Shown piece by piece: positions 16,523 to 27,091 of a stretch of DNA of 64,000 bases (position 1 is its first letter; every line of letters begins with the position of its first letter). Source of the DNA: a virus; the IMG/VR virus record IMGVR_UViG_3300021440_000003, positions 1 to 64,000 of that record, one strand, 5' to 3'. The notes beneath the pieces are model-generated. The model was not told the origin of the DNA and ran no database searches. It saw only the letters and a program-made list of their open reading frames with translations. Position numbers and translations under genes: made by a program.

Positions 16523-19410
16523 TGTACAAGTACTACCAAATCGAGGGTGGTGAGGAGTCTTGGAAAGAAATTCAAGCGAGCCACCGAAGCTCCTTGCCGG
16601 ACCCGATGTTCGTGACCGTGCTGGCCGTGGACCGCTTGGTCACGGATGGAATGACCAAGGCGGAGATTTCCAAGATCAAGTACAGCGGCCCGCTGTACTT
16701 TGATTGGGACGGAACCTCAGTGGCCGAGGTGGTGCCCAACGTGCAAGCGTTCATCGAGTCGCTGCGCAAACTTGGAATTGACGACGAGCACTACAAGCTG
16801 TACGCCACCGGAGGCCGTGGCTTCCACATCGAGATCCCGCCAGAGGTCTTCATGGAGAAGCCCAAGGCCGTGGAACACTTGCCTCTGATCTTCAAGGAAA
16901 TGGCGCTGGACTTGGTGACGGACACCATGGACTTGCGAGTGTATTCCGGCCGCAAGGGCCGCATGTGGCGGCAGCCCAACGTGCAGCGCCCCAACGGCAT
17001 GTTCAAGGTGCGCATCGACCATGACACGCTGGACGGAATGGACGAGGCGCGGTACCGCATGGTGTGTTCCGACACCGCCATCGACATTGACGTGTCTGCG
17101 GAGTTCAACCCCGGACTTGCCCTGCGCTTTGACAAGGCAGTCCAGAAGATCAAGCAGGTGCTGGGCAAGCGCAAGGGCGAGAAGCCTGTGGTGCTGCCAG
17201 CCAATATGCCTTCGATGGACGCCCTGATGGAAGGCCGTGGCATCAAGCCCGGCACAGGGTTCCAGACCATCGCCTTGCAGTTGGGTGTGTTTGCCAATGC
17301 GAGAGGTTACACCGAGGACGAGCTGGTTACCCGGTGTGCAGGCTTGCTGGAGTCGCATGAGTCGGACGGCTCGCGCTACAACAGCCAGGCCAAGCGCGAG
17401 CGAGAGCTGCGTCGCATGTGGGTGTACACCAACGACAACCCGTGCTACAGCTACTCCGCTGGGGCCATCAAGGTGTTGTTGACGCACCCCGCACCGGACG
17501 TGGAGGGCATGGCCGCCACACCCGAGGAAGTCCAAGCGATGATCGACACACCCATCGAGCAGCTGGAGCCTGATGTGGATGACCTTGCCGGTGTTGTATT
17601 AAACCAACACGGCGTGTTTGCCCGTACCGAGTTCGGACCCAAGCGCGTGTCGGCCATCTCGTTCGACAACGTGAGGACCTTGCGCTCGACGGACAACGGC
17701 ACCATCGCCATGGTGGAGGCTGATGTGATGGTCAACGGCAAGACCATCTGCCGGTCGCCCATCGAGCTGGACACGTTCCACAGCGCAGGCAACTTCAACA
17801 AGTTCGCTGCACGCCACGGACACGCGTTCCAGGGTAATGATGCCAACGTGCGGGGCATGTACCTACGCTTGATGGAGAAAGCCAAATTGACCGGTGGAGA
17901 CAACTTCGCGGTGACACGGGAAGGACTTGACGTCATCAACATCCCCAACCACCAAGACGAGAGGCTGCGCAAGCCCTTCTTGATCTGGGCGGACGGCAAG
18001 GGTGTGGTGCTGGAGCCGGAAGCGGCGCAGACCGGTTTGAAGATCTCGTTCCAAGGGTTTCCTGACCCACGAGGGCAGTTCAGGTCAGACTTGCACGACG
18101 CCCCAAACCTTGCCACCTGGCTTGAGGAAGGCAACCACAAGGAACGGATGCGAGTCGCTCTGGAGAATTTCCTCCAATGTCAAGCACCTAACTCCATGGC
18201 CAACCTGCTTGGCTGGTACATAGCATGCTTTTACCGGATGTTGTTCCATAAGGCGTACAACAAGTTCCCGCTGTTGCACGTGAATGGGGCCGCAGGATCG
18301 GCTAAAACGGAGACTAACAAGGCATTGCTTGGGTTATTCTATTATAACCAAGAGCCGCGTATGTTGACACCATCATCGACGGTGTTCGCCATCAACTACT
18401 GCGCCTCGGGCAGCGCGTCCATTCCTCTGGTGGTGGACGAGTACAAGCCGCACGAGATGCCAGCCGCCATGCACGACAAGTTGAAGCTGATCTTCCGTGA
18501 CGCGTACAACTGCCGCGACGTGGCCCGGGGCGGCGGCAGCCGAGACAATGACGACTACCGTGTGCTGTCCTCGGCGATGCTGGCCGCGCCCATGGCCTTT
18601 ATCGCGGAAGCGGTCGAGGACGAAGCAGCCCTGATGGAGCGTGTGGTGCTTGTCACCATGAGCCGACCGACACCCCTGCAAGCGAGCAAAAACCTTGCCC
18701 GCTACCTGCGGTTCTCGGAGTTCAAGGAATGCCTTGCAGTCATCGGCAAGTACATCGCAGCGGACATTGTGTCGAGCTACACGATCGACCAACTCAAGAA
18801 GGACTTTGACCCATTGCTTGAGGAGGCCCGCAAGCAGTTCATGCTGCAAGAGGGTGATATGTCCAACCTGGCCCCTGAGCAGCTGCAACGAAAGTTCTCT
18901 GCCAAGGAACGTACGGTGTTCAACTTCACGGTGGCACGATTCGGCTTGCGTCGGTTCAAGTCGCTGATGGAGGACATTTACGGCGACCAGCTCAACCACC
19001 TGATCGAGGACTTGGACAGCAAGCTCTACGACCGAATGCTTGACCTCGGCTCCTCCACGCAAGCGGAGTGGCTCAAGGTGCTCAACGTCATGGTCGATAT
19101 GTCGTACTTGGATGACAACCTACCCTACAAGATGGTGGTCGGCAAGGACTACGCACTGGTGCACCACGGCGGCATTGACTGTGTTGAGGTATCACCTCGA
19201 CTGGCCTATGCCAAGTATCGCCAGTATTGTCGGATGGCTGGCAGCCGTCCGTTGTTTTCAGGAGAGACCGCCTACTTGCACAGCTTGAGGGACGCGTCCG
19301 CAGTGGTCAACATGGGCCACACCGGAGGCAAGATTCAATGTGCAGGTGGCTCTATCCTGTTCGATGCACAAGGGCTTTCCGCCCTTGGCGTGCGAGCCTT
19401 CCGGAAGTGA
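16522..19410 (+). CDS. AEP-family primase fused to a helicase-like P-loop domain
   Basis: YFDWD, TGGRGFH, DLRVY...MWRQPN; later GAAGSAKT and LVVDE. Confidence 0.8.
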   Translation: MYKYYQIEGGEESWKEIQASHRSSLPDPMFVTVLAVDRLVTDGMTKAEISKIKYSGPLYFDWDGTSVAEVVPNVQAFIESLRKLGIDDEHYKLYATGGRGFHIEIPPEVFMEKPKAVEHLPLIFKEMALDLVTDTMDLRVYSGRKGRMWRQPNVQRPNGMFKVRIDHDTLDGMDEARYRMVCSDTAIDIDVSAEFNPGLALRFDKAVQKIKQVLGKRKGEKPVVLPANMPSMDALMEGRGIKPGTGFQTIALQLGVFANARGYTEDELVTRCAGLLESHESDGSRYNSQAKRERELRRMWVYTNDNPCYSYSAGAIKVLLTHPAPDVEGMAATPEEVQAMIDTPIEQLEPDVDDLAGVVLNQHGVFARTEFGPKRVSAISFDNVRTLRSTDNGTIAMVEADVMVNGKTICRSPIELDTFHSAGNFNKFAARHGHAFQGNDANVRGMYLRLMEKAKLTGGDNFAVTREGLDVINIPNHQDERLRKPFLIWADGKGVVLEPEAAQTGLKISFQGFPDPRGQFRSDLHDAPNLATWLEEGNHKERMRVALENFLQCQAPNSMANLLGWYIACFYRMLFHKAYNKFPLLHVNGAAGSAKTETNKALLGLFYYNQEPRMLTPSSTVFAINYCASGSASIPLVVDEYKPHEMPAAMHDKLKLIFRDAYNCRDVARGGGSRDNDDYRVLSSAMLAAPMAFIAEAVEDEAALMERVVLVTMSRPTPLQASKNLARYLRFSEFKECLAVIGKYIAADIVSSYTIDQLKKDFDPLLEEARKQFMLQEGDMSNLAPEQLQRKFSAKERTVFNFTVARFGLRRFKSLMEDIYGDQLNHLIEDLDSKLYDRMLDLGSSTQAEWLKVLNVMVDMSYLDDNLPYKMVVGKDYALVHHGGIDCVEVSPRLAYAKYRQYCRMAGSRPLFSGETAYLHSLRDASAVVNMGHTGGKIQCAGGSILFDAQGLSALGVRAFRK

Positions 19411-19552
19411 CCCAGAAAGGACGACTTGTCTTGATCGCAAACAGGAGCGCTATTCCCAGCTGATCTAGGATATACTCCCCCACCCAATTCAGGCGACAAG
19501 CCTGAACCCGTCGCACAAGCGGTCCTTGTGCACCACGAAAAAGGAAACGAAA

Positions 19553-20224
19553 ATGTCAATGAAAAAACCTCAATTTGAAACCAACGAAGGTACCGAAAAT
19601 GTTGCTCCTGAAGCCAGCCCCACAACGGCTGTTGCAGCGCCTGCAACATCTTCAGTGGCCATGGTCGGAGCCTCTGGCGCAGACCCTCTTGCAGCTCTCC
19701 AAGATAAACTCCACGTTGAATACGATACGCTTACTCAGGTGAAAGTGTCTCCCGGAGCTTGGCTGGAGCGCGAGACGGAAGAAAGCCTTGGCGACACCAT
19801 CGTCCTGAAGCTGCTGTCTTGGCAAGACAGCTACGTGTGCTCCCCCAACGATGACTCTGCTGAAACTGACCTCATCAAGTACAGCGACGACGGCGTGACG
19901 TCCAAGGACGGAGTGAACATGCAGGAGCATCTGGCCCAGCTGAAGGCTGACGGCTACGAAGATGCCAAGATCAGCCAGCGCATGATCTTGGTCGGTGCCC
20001 TGAAAGAGTCCGGCAAGTCCACCCGCTTCCTGAACAAGCCTGTGCAGATTGATCTGCCGCCCACCAGCCGCAAGCAGTTCGTGCGCTACCGTGCCGAGAC
20101 CGCCTACGCCGTGAGCGAAGGCTTGATGGATGGCGCGAAAGCTCTGATTGTGGAAGCGAAGATTGTCCAAGCCAAAGGTAAGGGCACGAACCGTTACTCC
20201 ATGGCAACTTTCTCGGCTGCCTAA
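19553..20224 (+). CDS. Putative single-stranded DNA-binding/replication protein
   Basis: SD AAGGA, position in the replication module, own terminator; function inferred from context only. Confidence 0.45.
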   Translation: MSMKKPQFETNEGTENVAPEASPTTAVAAPATSSVAMVGASGADPLAALQDKLHVEYDTLTQVKVSPGAWLERETEESLGDTIVLKLLSWQDSYVCSPNDDSAETDLIKYSDDGVTSKDGVNMQEHLAQLKADGYEDAKISQRMILVGALKESGKSTRFLNKPVQIDLPPTSRKQFVRYRAETAYAVSEGLMDGAKALIVEAKIVQAKGKGTNRYSMATFSAA

Positions 20225-20231
20225 CTCAACT

Positions 20232-20262
20232 GAAAGCCCGGCCCCGTGCCGGGCTTCTTCAT
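20232..20262 (+). terminator. Rho-independent terminator-like hairpin
   Basis: AAGCCCGGC-cccgt-GCCGGGCTT followed by CTTCATT. Confidence 0.65.
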
Positions 20263-20271
20263 TCACACACT

Positions 20272-20946
20272 ATGCGATATTTCGTCATCGACACGGAGAC
20301 CGTTGGTCTCAAGACGCCCGAGCTGCCAGCCTCCGGTGTTGTACAAGTTGCGTGGATTGAGATTGACAAGGACCTCAACGTGTTGTCCGAGCATTCCCAC
20401 TACGTGAACCCAGGTTGTCCCATCGACCCCAAGGCATCGGAAGTCCACGGAGTCTACGACGACGACGTGAAGGACTGCCCGACACTTGCACAGGTGATGG
20501 ACCTTGGCACTGACCCGATCACGCTGATTGGCCACAATGTTGCCTTCGACTACCGCTTCTTGTCCAACTGGGTTTACCCAGCGAAAGTCCAGACCTTGTG
20601 CACCTTGCAGTTGGCTCGGCTGTATGTCAAGCACAGCGCCAACCACAAGCTGACCACGTTGGTGGAGCACCTTGAGATTCCGCAGGACAAGGCGCACAGC
20701 GCACTTGGCGACGTGAAGATGACCAACACCTTGCTCAAGGTGTTGCTGTACATGGGGCGCACCACGCTGGAAGATGCTGTGGCCCGTGAGCAGACGAATG
20801 CGCTGATGCACCGCATGCCCTTTGGCAAGCACAAGGGGGAGCTCATGATGGAGCTGCCCAAACCCTACGTTCGGTGGATGCTCGACCAGACTGACCTGCC
20901 TCCGGCCATCCGCCGCAGTCTTGAACACTTCGTGAGGCTCGCATGA
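20272..20946 (+). CDS. DEDDh 3'-5' exonuclease (DnaQ/ExoX-like) with C-terminal MPFGKHKG domain
   Basis: DTET, GHNVAFD, HSALGD motifs. Confidence 0.9.
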   Translation: MRYFVIDTETVGLKTPELPASGVVQVAWIEIDKDLNVLSEHSHYVNPGCPIDPKASEVHGVYDDDVKDCPTLAQVMDLGTDPITLIGHNVAFDYRFLSNWVYPAKVQTLCTLQLARLYVKHSANHKLTTLVEHLEIPQDKAHSALGDVKMTNTLLKVLLYMGRTTLEDAVAREQTNALMHRMPFGKHKGELMMELPKPYVRWMLDQTDLPPAIRRSLEHFVRLA

Positions 20947-21452
20947 CCTTTGACGACTACATCCCGCTGGCCATGCGCACAGCGAAGACCCTCCCTCTGG
21001 CTTTGGACATTGACCACGGCAAGATGCTGCTCATCTCCGAGGTGGGTGAGGTGGTGGACTGCTTGAAGAAGCACGTGATCTACGGCAAGGAGCTGGACAC
21101 CACCAACCTGCTGGAAGAATGCGGTGACCTCTGCTGGGGCATCGCGCTCCTGTCAAGCCGCCTTGGCTTCGTGCCCGAGGTTTACCCAGTCAAGTCATAC
21201 CGTGTGGCCACGGACATTGAGATGGTCTATCTGATGGCGCAGATGGCATCCAACATCAGCACAGGTGACATTCGCTTTGGATGCTCCAGCTTGCTCAACG
21301 CTGTGTCCAGCTTCCTGAGCCGATTCGACTTCACACTGGAGCAGGCGATGGAAAAGAACATTGCCAAGTTGGCGGTCCGGTACGGAGACAAGTACAGCGA
21401 CTATGCGGCGCTGAATCGGGACTTGTCGGCTGAGGCCGAGGTGCTTGGCTAA
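20943..21452 (+). CDS. MazG-like nucleotide pyrophosphohydrolase
   Basis: SEVGEVVD..KK, EECGDLCW, NIAKLAVRY. Confidence 0.85.
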   Translation: MTFDDYIPLAMRTAKTLPLALDIDHGKMLLISEVGEVVDCLKKHVIYGKELDTTNLLEECGDLCWGIALLSSRLGFVPEVYPVKSYRVATDIEMVYLMAQMASNISTGDIRFGCSSLLNAVSSFLSRFDFTLEQAMEKNIAKLAVRYGDKYSDYAALNRDLSAEAEVLG

Positions 21453-22588
21453 TGGCCACAGCACTCAATCGCATTCGTGCGACCCAGTATGCGGCTGGTA
21501 AGAAGCATACGCAGCGCATCATCGAGACGCTCGTGGACCTGCTCACGAAGGCCAAGGTGCCCGGTAAGGACCTGATGGCCTACATGCCCGACGCCCCGCT
21601 GGAGTACGCCAGGCCCGCCCTGATTGCCCCCTCCAACCGGGAGACGCTGGAAGTGAGCCCCTTGATGGTGTTCACGCCCCACATGCGAAGCCGGGATCCG
21701 GGCCTGTTCTTCAGTGCGTGGAAGAAGGCATGCAACCGGCTGCTGACCCGGCCGGGGCCTTCCAAGTGCACGTCGCTACCCGACCTGTCCAAGTTCCTGG
21801 GCTTCCCTGTGGGCCACGCAGCCATGCTGTTCTCGCCCCCTATCGGGGATTCGTACCGGGATCTGGTGCAGTTCGCAGCGGAGTCCGTCGCAGTGTTCGA
21901 GATGGTCTTCGGGGTGTCCGCCTCGGTGAACGACGACAACTACTGCGTGGAGGTGGACTCGTGCATCATCGGAGTCAAGAACCACCAGCTGTGCCTGCCC
22001 GGCTTGAGTACCACGATCATGTGTACGCCGACCGAGTTGAAGGCAAGCATGATACTGGAGCGAGGCCCGGTCTCTTGCTACGGCACGCTGGACATTCTGG
22101 ACTGCATGTACATCTGGTCGGACGAGGCGGAGGACGGAGAGGAGATCAAGTCCCACTTGCTCTACCTGCGAGCCCTCAACGACCCCGAGACCTTGATTGC
22201 GGCCCAGCGAGCTGTACTGGCTGTTGACGGTGTGACCGTCGTGAAGCGGCCACGACGCCGCAGAGCTTCCCGCGTAACCCAGATGAGGGTGACCAAGCAA
22301 ATCACGTACCCTGAGATGCTCTCGGACTTCCAGCGAGTCGAGGAAATCATCATGGACGAAGCGATACCGGACATCTCCCGTGTGTACGACATCGCGGACA
22401 TTTTGGTCACGAAGTACATGGCGGAGGAGTCATTCCGAAGCCGCTTCGGAATCCGCCTTGGGTCCTTGAGAACGAGTACACTCTCAGAGGAGCAAATTGT
22501 TCGATTCAGGACAGGGTGGACGGAGTACAGCACCGCTACCTTGGCCCGTGCCCATAAGCGAGACTCACGTGACAGACAAGTATACTGA
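21452..22588 (+). CDS. Hypothetical protein (378 aa)
   Basis: TAATG-coupled long ORF; no motif recognised. Confidence 0.7.
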   Translation: MATALNRIRATQYAAGKKHTQRIIETLVDLLTKAKVPGKDLMAYMPDAPLEYARPALIAPSNRETLEVSPLMVFTPHMRSRDPGLFFSAWKKACNRLLTRPGPSKCTSLPDLSKFLGFPVGHAAMLFSPPIGDSYRDLVQFAAESVAVFEMVFGVSASVNDDNYCVEVDSCIIGVKNHQLCLPGLSTTIMCTPTELKASMILERGPVSCYGTLDILDCMYIWSDEAEDGEEIKSHLLYLRALNDPETLIAAQRAVLAVDGVTVVKRPRRRRASRVTQMRVTKQITYPEMLSDFQRVEEIIMDEAIPDISRVYDIADILVTKYMAEESFRSRFGIRLGSLRTSTLSEEQIVRFRTGWTEYSTATLARAHKRDSRDRQVY

Positions 22589-22796
22589 CCCGATAGACAT
22601 TGCCTGCGAGCAGGAAGACTTCTTCAGGCAGGAAGCCATCCGCAGGCAAGCCTTGGCGTCTGCACAAGAGTACGACCCCGAGTTCGATGGAGTGCACTGC
22701 ATCGCTTGCGATGACGACATCCCAGACGGACGCTTGCTGCTTGGCAAGATTCGCTGCATCACCTGCCAAGAAATTAAAGAAAGACGAAGACGTTGA
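22569..22796 (+). CDS. TraR/DksA C4 zinc-finger protein
   Basis: DPIDIA, CIAC...IP..R...CITCQE. Confidence 0.85.
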   Translation: MTDKYTDPIDIACEQEDFFRQEAIRRQALASAQEYDPEFDGVHCIACDDDIPDGRLLLGKIRCITCQEIKERRRR

Positions 22797-23005
22797 AAAA
22801 GTTACCACCACCCATCCCAGTCATCCACCCGCAACACCTACCACCGCCCAACTTGGCGGTGGTTTCCTTTCTGTGGTACCTGCTTGCCGACAAGTGGCAA
22901 GTTGGCCCCGGCTACGAAGCCGTTGGGTATGCCGCCATTGCTATCTTTTTAGGAGCAAGCTGGTTCAGGTACGTCGGGTCCCCTTGGTTCAAAATTCGGA
23001 GTTAA
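22793..23005 (+). CDS. Small membrane protein
   Basis: Two hydrophobic segments; TTGA-coupled. Confidence 0.55.
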   Translation: MKKLPPPIPVIHPQHLPPPNLAVVSFLWYLLADKWQVGPGYEAVGYAAIAIFLGASWFRYVGSPWFKIRS

Positions 23006-23007
23006 AT

Positions 23008-26000
23008 ATGCGTATTGCAATTGACATGGCTTCCATCCTCAAGACTTGCCTTGCTGCTGGCAAGGATGCTGAGGGCTACACCGTGGAACACGAAGGCAAG
23101 TCGGTGCAGATCAACACCGCTGCCTACGGCTACGAGTTCGTGGTCAACTCGATCAAGGCTGCCTTGGACGAGTTTGGCTTGGTGCCCATGGACCTCATCA
23201 TGGTCACCGAAGGGATGCACAGCAAGGCTCCGCGCCTTGACATGGACTCCCGCTACAAGGCGACGCGTGGCAGCCGCCCCGCCGAGTACTACAACGAGTA
23301 CCAGTCCCTGCAAGACCAAGTGCGCAAGGCGTTCCTCGACTTGGGTGCGCTGGAGATGGTCTGCGACAACGTGGAGGGTGACGACCAGCTGGCGTTCCTT
23401 GCCAAGCACACCGAGGAGGATATGGTCATCATGTCCAACGACGGCGACTTGGTGGCCCTGCACGGCGTCAACGCTCACGGCGCGAACGTCCGAGTGCGCA
23501 TCAACGGCGAGGTCGGCTACAACAAGTTCGGCCCGTTCCCGCACCACTTGGTCACCACCTACAAGGCGCTGGTGGGCGACCCGTCCGACAACATCAAGGG
23601 CTGCCCCGGCTTTGGACCCAAGAAGTTCCTCGACTTCATTGCCAAGTACAAGACGACCGGCTTGGTCGAGCTCCATGAGATGCTGGAGAACGGCAAGTTG
23701 CGCGACTTGGAAGCTCTGGCCGAGGAGTGGCAGTGCCCGCTGCTGGGTATGCTGTTTGAGCAGCGCATCGAGATCCAGAAGTCCTACAACCTGGCCCGCC
23801 TGTACCCCGAGTGGGTGGACAACCTGACCAACCCTGTGCGCTGGTCTGTGGGTCTGGTCCGCAACACGGACGACGAGCGACTCAAGCCTTGGAGCATGGC
23901 CCAGCGTCTGGTGACCGCCGACAACTTCGACAAAGCCAAGAGCTTCTTCCAGCAGCAGTTGCTGACCTCGCAGTTCGTAGCGCTCGACCTGGAAACGACT
24001 GTGCCTGATGAGAGCGATGACTGGCTGGCCGCTTCGGGCAAGGATGGGGTAGACGTGATCGGCAGCAAGATCACAGGGTGCGGCTTGACCTTCGGCCCCA
24101 ACAGCCGCTACAGCTTTTACGTGTGCACCAACCATGCGGACACCAACAACTGCTCCATGGAGCAGCTGCGTACCCTGCTGGAGTGCATCCCGCAGTCGCT
24201 CCATATCGTGTGCCACAACTCTGCTGGCTTCGAGCTGCCTGTCCTGTACAACGCCTTCGGCAAGCACTGGCAAGCCAACGGGTGGCGAGGCTTCCTGCCC
24301 AACACCATCGACACTCGAATCATGGCTTCGTTCTATGACGAGTCCGGCAAGCAAGGCTTGAAGGACTTGTCCAAGCGGCTGATGAACTACGACCAAGTGT
24401 CTTACGACACCGTGACAGGCGGGCGCAAGATGCACCAACTGTCAGGCGACGAGGTGTTCAGCTACGGTACGGACGACACGGCGGTGACGGCAGGCTTGTT
24501 CAACTTCTTCCGGCTGTTCATGCAACTCGAACACAGCTGGGACACGTTCATGGACACCGAGACGCTGCCGCCCTACCTGACGGCCCAAGCCTTTACCAAG
24601 GGCGTGCGCATCGACCTGCCCAAGCTCAAGCAGCTGTCCCGTGACGACGAAGCCGTTTATGACCAGTGCTGGACCACCTTGTCCAACTACTTGGTCGAAC
24701 ACGGCTGGGAAGGTGTGCATCCTCCGGTGTTCACTGAGATCAGCCCGGCCAACATCAAGCAAGCTGTGCAGGTGGTGCTGGGCACCGAGCTCAAGACCAT
24801 GATTCGCACGATCTCCAAGCTGGCGATTCTGGTTCGTGATCTCGATGGTGGCGACCTGCTGGCTCGCTTCATCGAGGACAACGATCTGGACTCCATCAAC
24901 AAGCTCGTCGCGCAGCACTGGACGAGCAAGCCGATCTTCAATGTGGGCTCACCTCTGCAAATCTCCAAGCTCATGTACAACGTCATGAACCTGCCTGTGC
25001 GGCTGCGCAACCCGGCCACGGAAACGCAGCGTGCCGCAGGCCAGCGTGAGGGCAACCCCCGCACGGATGACGATGCTGTAGGCTTGACCTTGAAGCTGGA
25101 TGCAACACCGGAGACAGCCCCCGTCTTGAATGCCCTGCTGACCATGAAGTCCTGCAACACCCGCAAGGCTCTCTACTGGGACGCTTGGCCCTCGATGATT
25201 CACTGGGACACCGGCCGCCTGCACCCTTCGTTCCGCCAGAGCGCGACCAACACCCGGCGCTACACCAGCAGCAAGCCCAACTTGCAGCAGATGGAAGCCG
25301 GTCCGGTTCGGGCGTGTTTGCTGCCGGAACAAGGCCACGTCATTGCAAGTCTTGACTTCGCAGGTCAGGAAGTGCGTGCACTGTGTGCCCTGTCCTGGGA
25401 CGAGAACCTGCGCTCTGTGTTTGTTGGCGAGTCTCTCAAGGACATCCACAGCATCACAGCCAGCACCTTGTTGGGAGTCCCCTACGAGCAGTTCTACGCG
25501 GAGTACACCTCGACCGACCCGGTTGTCCAGAAGACGGCCAAGGGTGTGAGGGACAAGGCCAAGATCTGCTTCTTCGCCTCGGCCTACGGTGCCACGGCCA
25601 AGAAGATTGCCGAGACGCTGGCCATCAGCGAGGACGAAGCCCAGAAGATTCTCGATGCCATCGACCAAGCGTTCCCCCGTACCGTCGAGCGTGCCGAGCG
25701 TGTGGAGCGACTTGTCAAAGAGCAGGGCTACATGACGCTGCACCCAGGCACCCGCCGCCACCTGCGCGACGAGATTCAATCGCCTGACAAGTGGGTTGCT
25801 GCCAAGGCAGTGCGCCAAGCTGGTAACGCGGAGATCCAAGGCTCTTGCGCCACGCAGACCAAGCGGGTCCTGTCCCGCATCTGGTCCAGTGACGTGCTCG
25901 ACCAAGGTGCTGTGTTCATCGCCTCCATCCACGACGAGGTGGTGCTGTCCGTCCCGAAGGACCGCCCCGATCTGGTCAAAGCGGTGCACGGCTTCATGAC

Positions 26001-26127
26001 CGAGGAGTTCTGGCCAGGCTTGCCTGCTGGCTCCAGCGTGGGTGTAGGCCCCAACTACCTCCAGCTCAACGAGCTGGGCGACTCTGCAACGCTTGAGCAG
26101 ATCACCACCGCGATGGAGGCGATCTGA
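23008..26127 (+). CDS. polA: Family A DNA polymerase with 5'-3' and 3'-5' exonuclease domains
   Basis: EGDD/SNDGD/GDPSDNIKG (5' nuclease), ALDLET (proofreading), motif A DFAGQE, motif B RDKAKICFFASAYG, motif C IHDE. Confidence 0.95.
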   Translation: MRIAIDMASILKTCLAAGKDAEGYTVEHEGKSVQINTAAYGYEFVVNSIKAALDEFGLVPMDLIMVTEGMHSKAPRLDMDSRYKATRGSRPAEYYNEYQSLQDQVRKAFLDLGALEMVCDNVEGDDQLAFLAKHTEEDMVIMSNDGDLVALHGVNAHGANVRVRINGEVGYNKFGPFPHHLVTTYKALVGDPSDNIKGCPGFGPKKFLDFIAKYKTTGLVELHEMLENGKLRDLEALAEEWQCPLLGMLFEQRIEIQKSYNLARLYPEWVDNLTNPVRWSVGLVRNTDDERLKPWSMAQRLVTADNFDKAKSFFQQQLLTSQFVALDLETTVPDESDDWLAASGKDGVDVIGSKITGCGLTFGPNSRYSFYVCTNHADTNNCSMEQLRTLLECIPQSLHIVCHNSAGFELPVLYNAFGKHWQANGWRGFLPNTIDTRIMASFYDESGKQGLKDLSKRLMNYDQVSYDTVTGGRKMHQLSGDEVFSYGTDDTAVTAGLFNFFRLFMQLEHSWDTFMDTETLPPYLTAQAFTKGVRIDLPKLKQLSRDDEAVYDQCWTTLSNYLVEHGWEGVHPPVFTEISPANIKQAVQVVLGTELKTMIRTISKLAILVRDLDGGDLLARFIEDNDLDSINKLVAQHWTSKPIFNVGSPLQISKLMYNVMNLPVRLRNPATETQRAAGQREGNPRTDDDAVGLTLKLDATPETAPVLNALLTMKSCNTRKALYWDAWPSMIHWDTGRLHPSFRQSATNTRRYTSSKPNLQQMEAGPVRACLLPEQGHVIASLDFAGQEVRALCALSWDENLRSVFVGESLKDIHSITASTLLGVPYEQFYAEYTSTDPVVQKTAKGVRDKAKICFFASAYGATAKKIAETLAISEDEAQKILDAIDQAFPRTVERAERVERLVKEQGYMTLHPGTRRHLRDEIQSPDKWVAAKAVRQAGNAEIQGSCATQTKRVLSRIWSSDVLDQGAVFIASIHDEVVLSVPKDRPDLVKAVHGFMTEEFWPGLPAGSSVGVGPNYLQLNELGDSATLEQITTAMEAI

Positions 26128-26411
26128 TGAGGGTGGTCCACGCTACCCTTGGCAAGCACGTGTACATGGATGAGAACCTCGGTTCCCTGATCGAGTGCTT
26201 CTTCATCCACCACATGAGGGTGCCGAAGGCGTCCGTTGATTCGGAGGCCATACACCGGTCGGTTTTTGAAAACTCGAATGACCCCGAGTTTTTGTCCGAA
26301 GTTGCGGGTATGATGCTGCGCTATCCGACAGACCACCTCATTTTTGAAAGTGGCCTGTCGTTTCACATTTCGCCGCAAGGCAAGATCACCACAAAGAAAG
26401 GTTCGCAATGA
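26127..26411 (+). CDS. Hypothetical protein
   Basis: Coupled ORF with SD GGAGG. Confidence 0.6.
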   Translation: MRVVHATLGKHVYMDENLGSLIECFFIHHMRVPKASVDSEAIHRSVFENSNDPEFLSEVAGMMLRYPTDHLIFESGLSFHISPQGKITTKKGSQ

Positions 26412-27091
26412 CCAATAACATCATCAACGTGCTGGACCACGGGAGCGTCCGATTGGTAGAGCACATGGGCAGCGACTTGTCCATCGTGCGAAACGCCCGC
26501 GTCAGCTACGACGCGGAGTGGCGCTCCGGCGAGGACGAGGGCAAGGATGCCAAGCTCATCGACTACTTGGTGAAGAACTATCACACGTCCCCACTAGAGG
26601 CCGTGAATCTCACCTTCGACGTGCGTGCTCCTATCTTTGTAGCACGTCAACACATGCGGCACAGGGTATTTTCTTTCAACGAAATATCAGCTCGCTACTC
26701 CGAGCTGCCTGCCGTCTTCTACACCCCTTGGGTGGATCAAATCACCACGCAGAGTCCGACGAACAAGCAGATGCGCACCAAGGAACAGCACCCGCAGGCA
26801 CTGTACTTCCAAGACCTGATGCGCAAGACCTGTGCAGACGCCTTCACCGCGTACAAGGAAATGATCGACGCTGGCGTCCCCCGCGAACTTGCACGTGGCG
26901 TCTTGCCGATGAACACCTACACGCACTACTTCTGCACCGTGGACCTGCACAACCTGATGAAGTTCTGCAAGCTGCGCCTGCACCCCCATGCCCAGCACGA
27001 GATTCAGGTCTATGCCCAAGCCATGCTTGACCTTGCCAAGCAGGCCGCCCCGATCACCATTGCAGCCGTAGAACGGCACTGGATTGCCTGA
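26408..27091 (+). CDS. thyX: FAD-dependent thymidylate synthase
   Basis: HTSPLE, RHR-x-SFNEISARY, ELARGVLP, HAQHEI. Confidence 0.95.
   Translation: MTNNIINVLDHGSVRLVEHMGSDLSIVRNARVSYDAEWRSGEDEGKDAKLIDYLVKNYHTSPLEAVNLTFDVRAPIFVARQHMRHRVFSFNEISARYSELPAVFYTPWVDQITTQSPTNKQMRTKEQHPQALYFQDLMRKTCADAFTAYKEMIDAGVPRELARGVLPMNTYTHYFCTVDLHNLMKFCKLRLHPHAQHEIQVYAQAMLDLAKQAAPITIAAVERHWIA

Noticed and set aside
22600-23007. N-terminal extension of PolA in the ORF track
   Set aside because: Overlaps the TraR-like and membrane genes; SD GGAG supports ATG 23008
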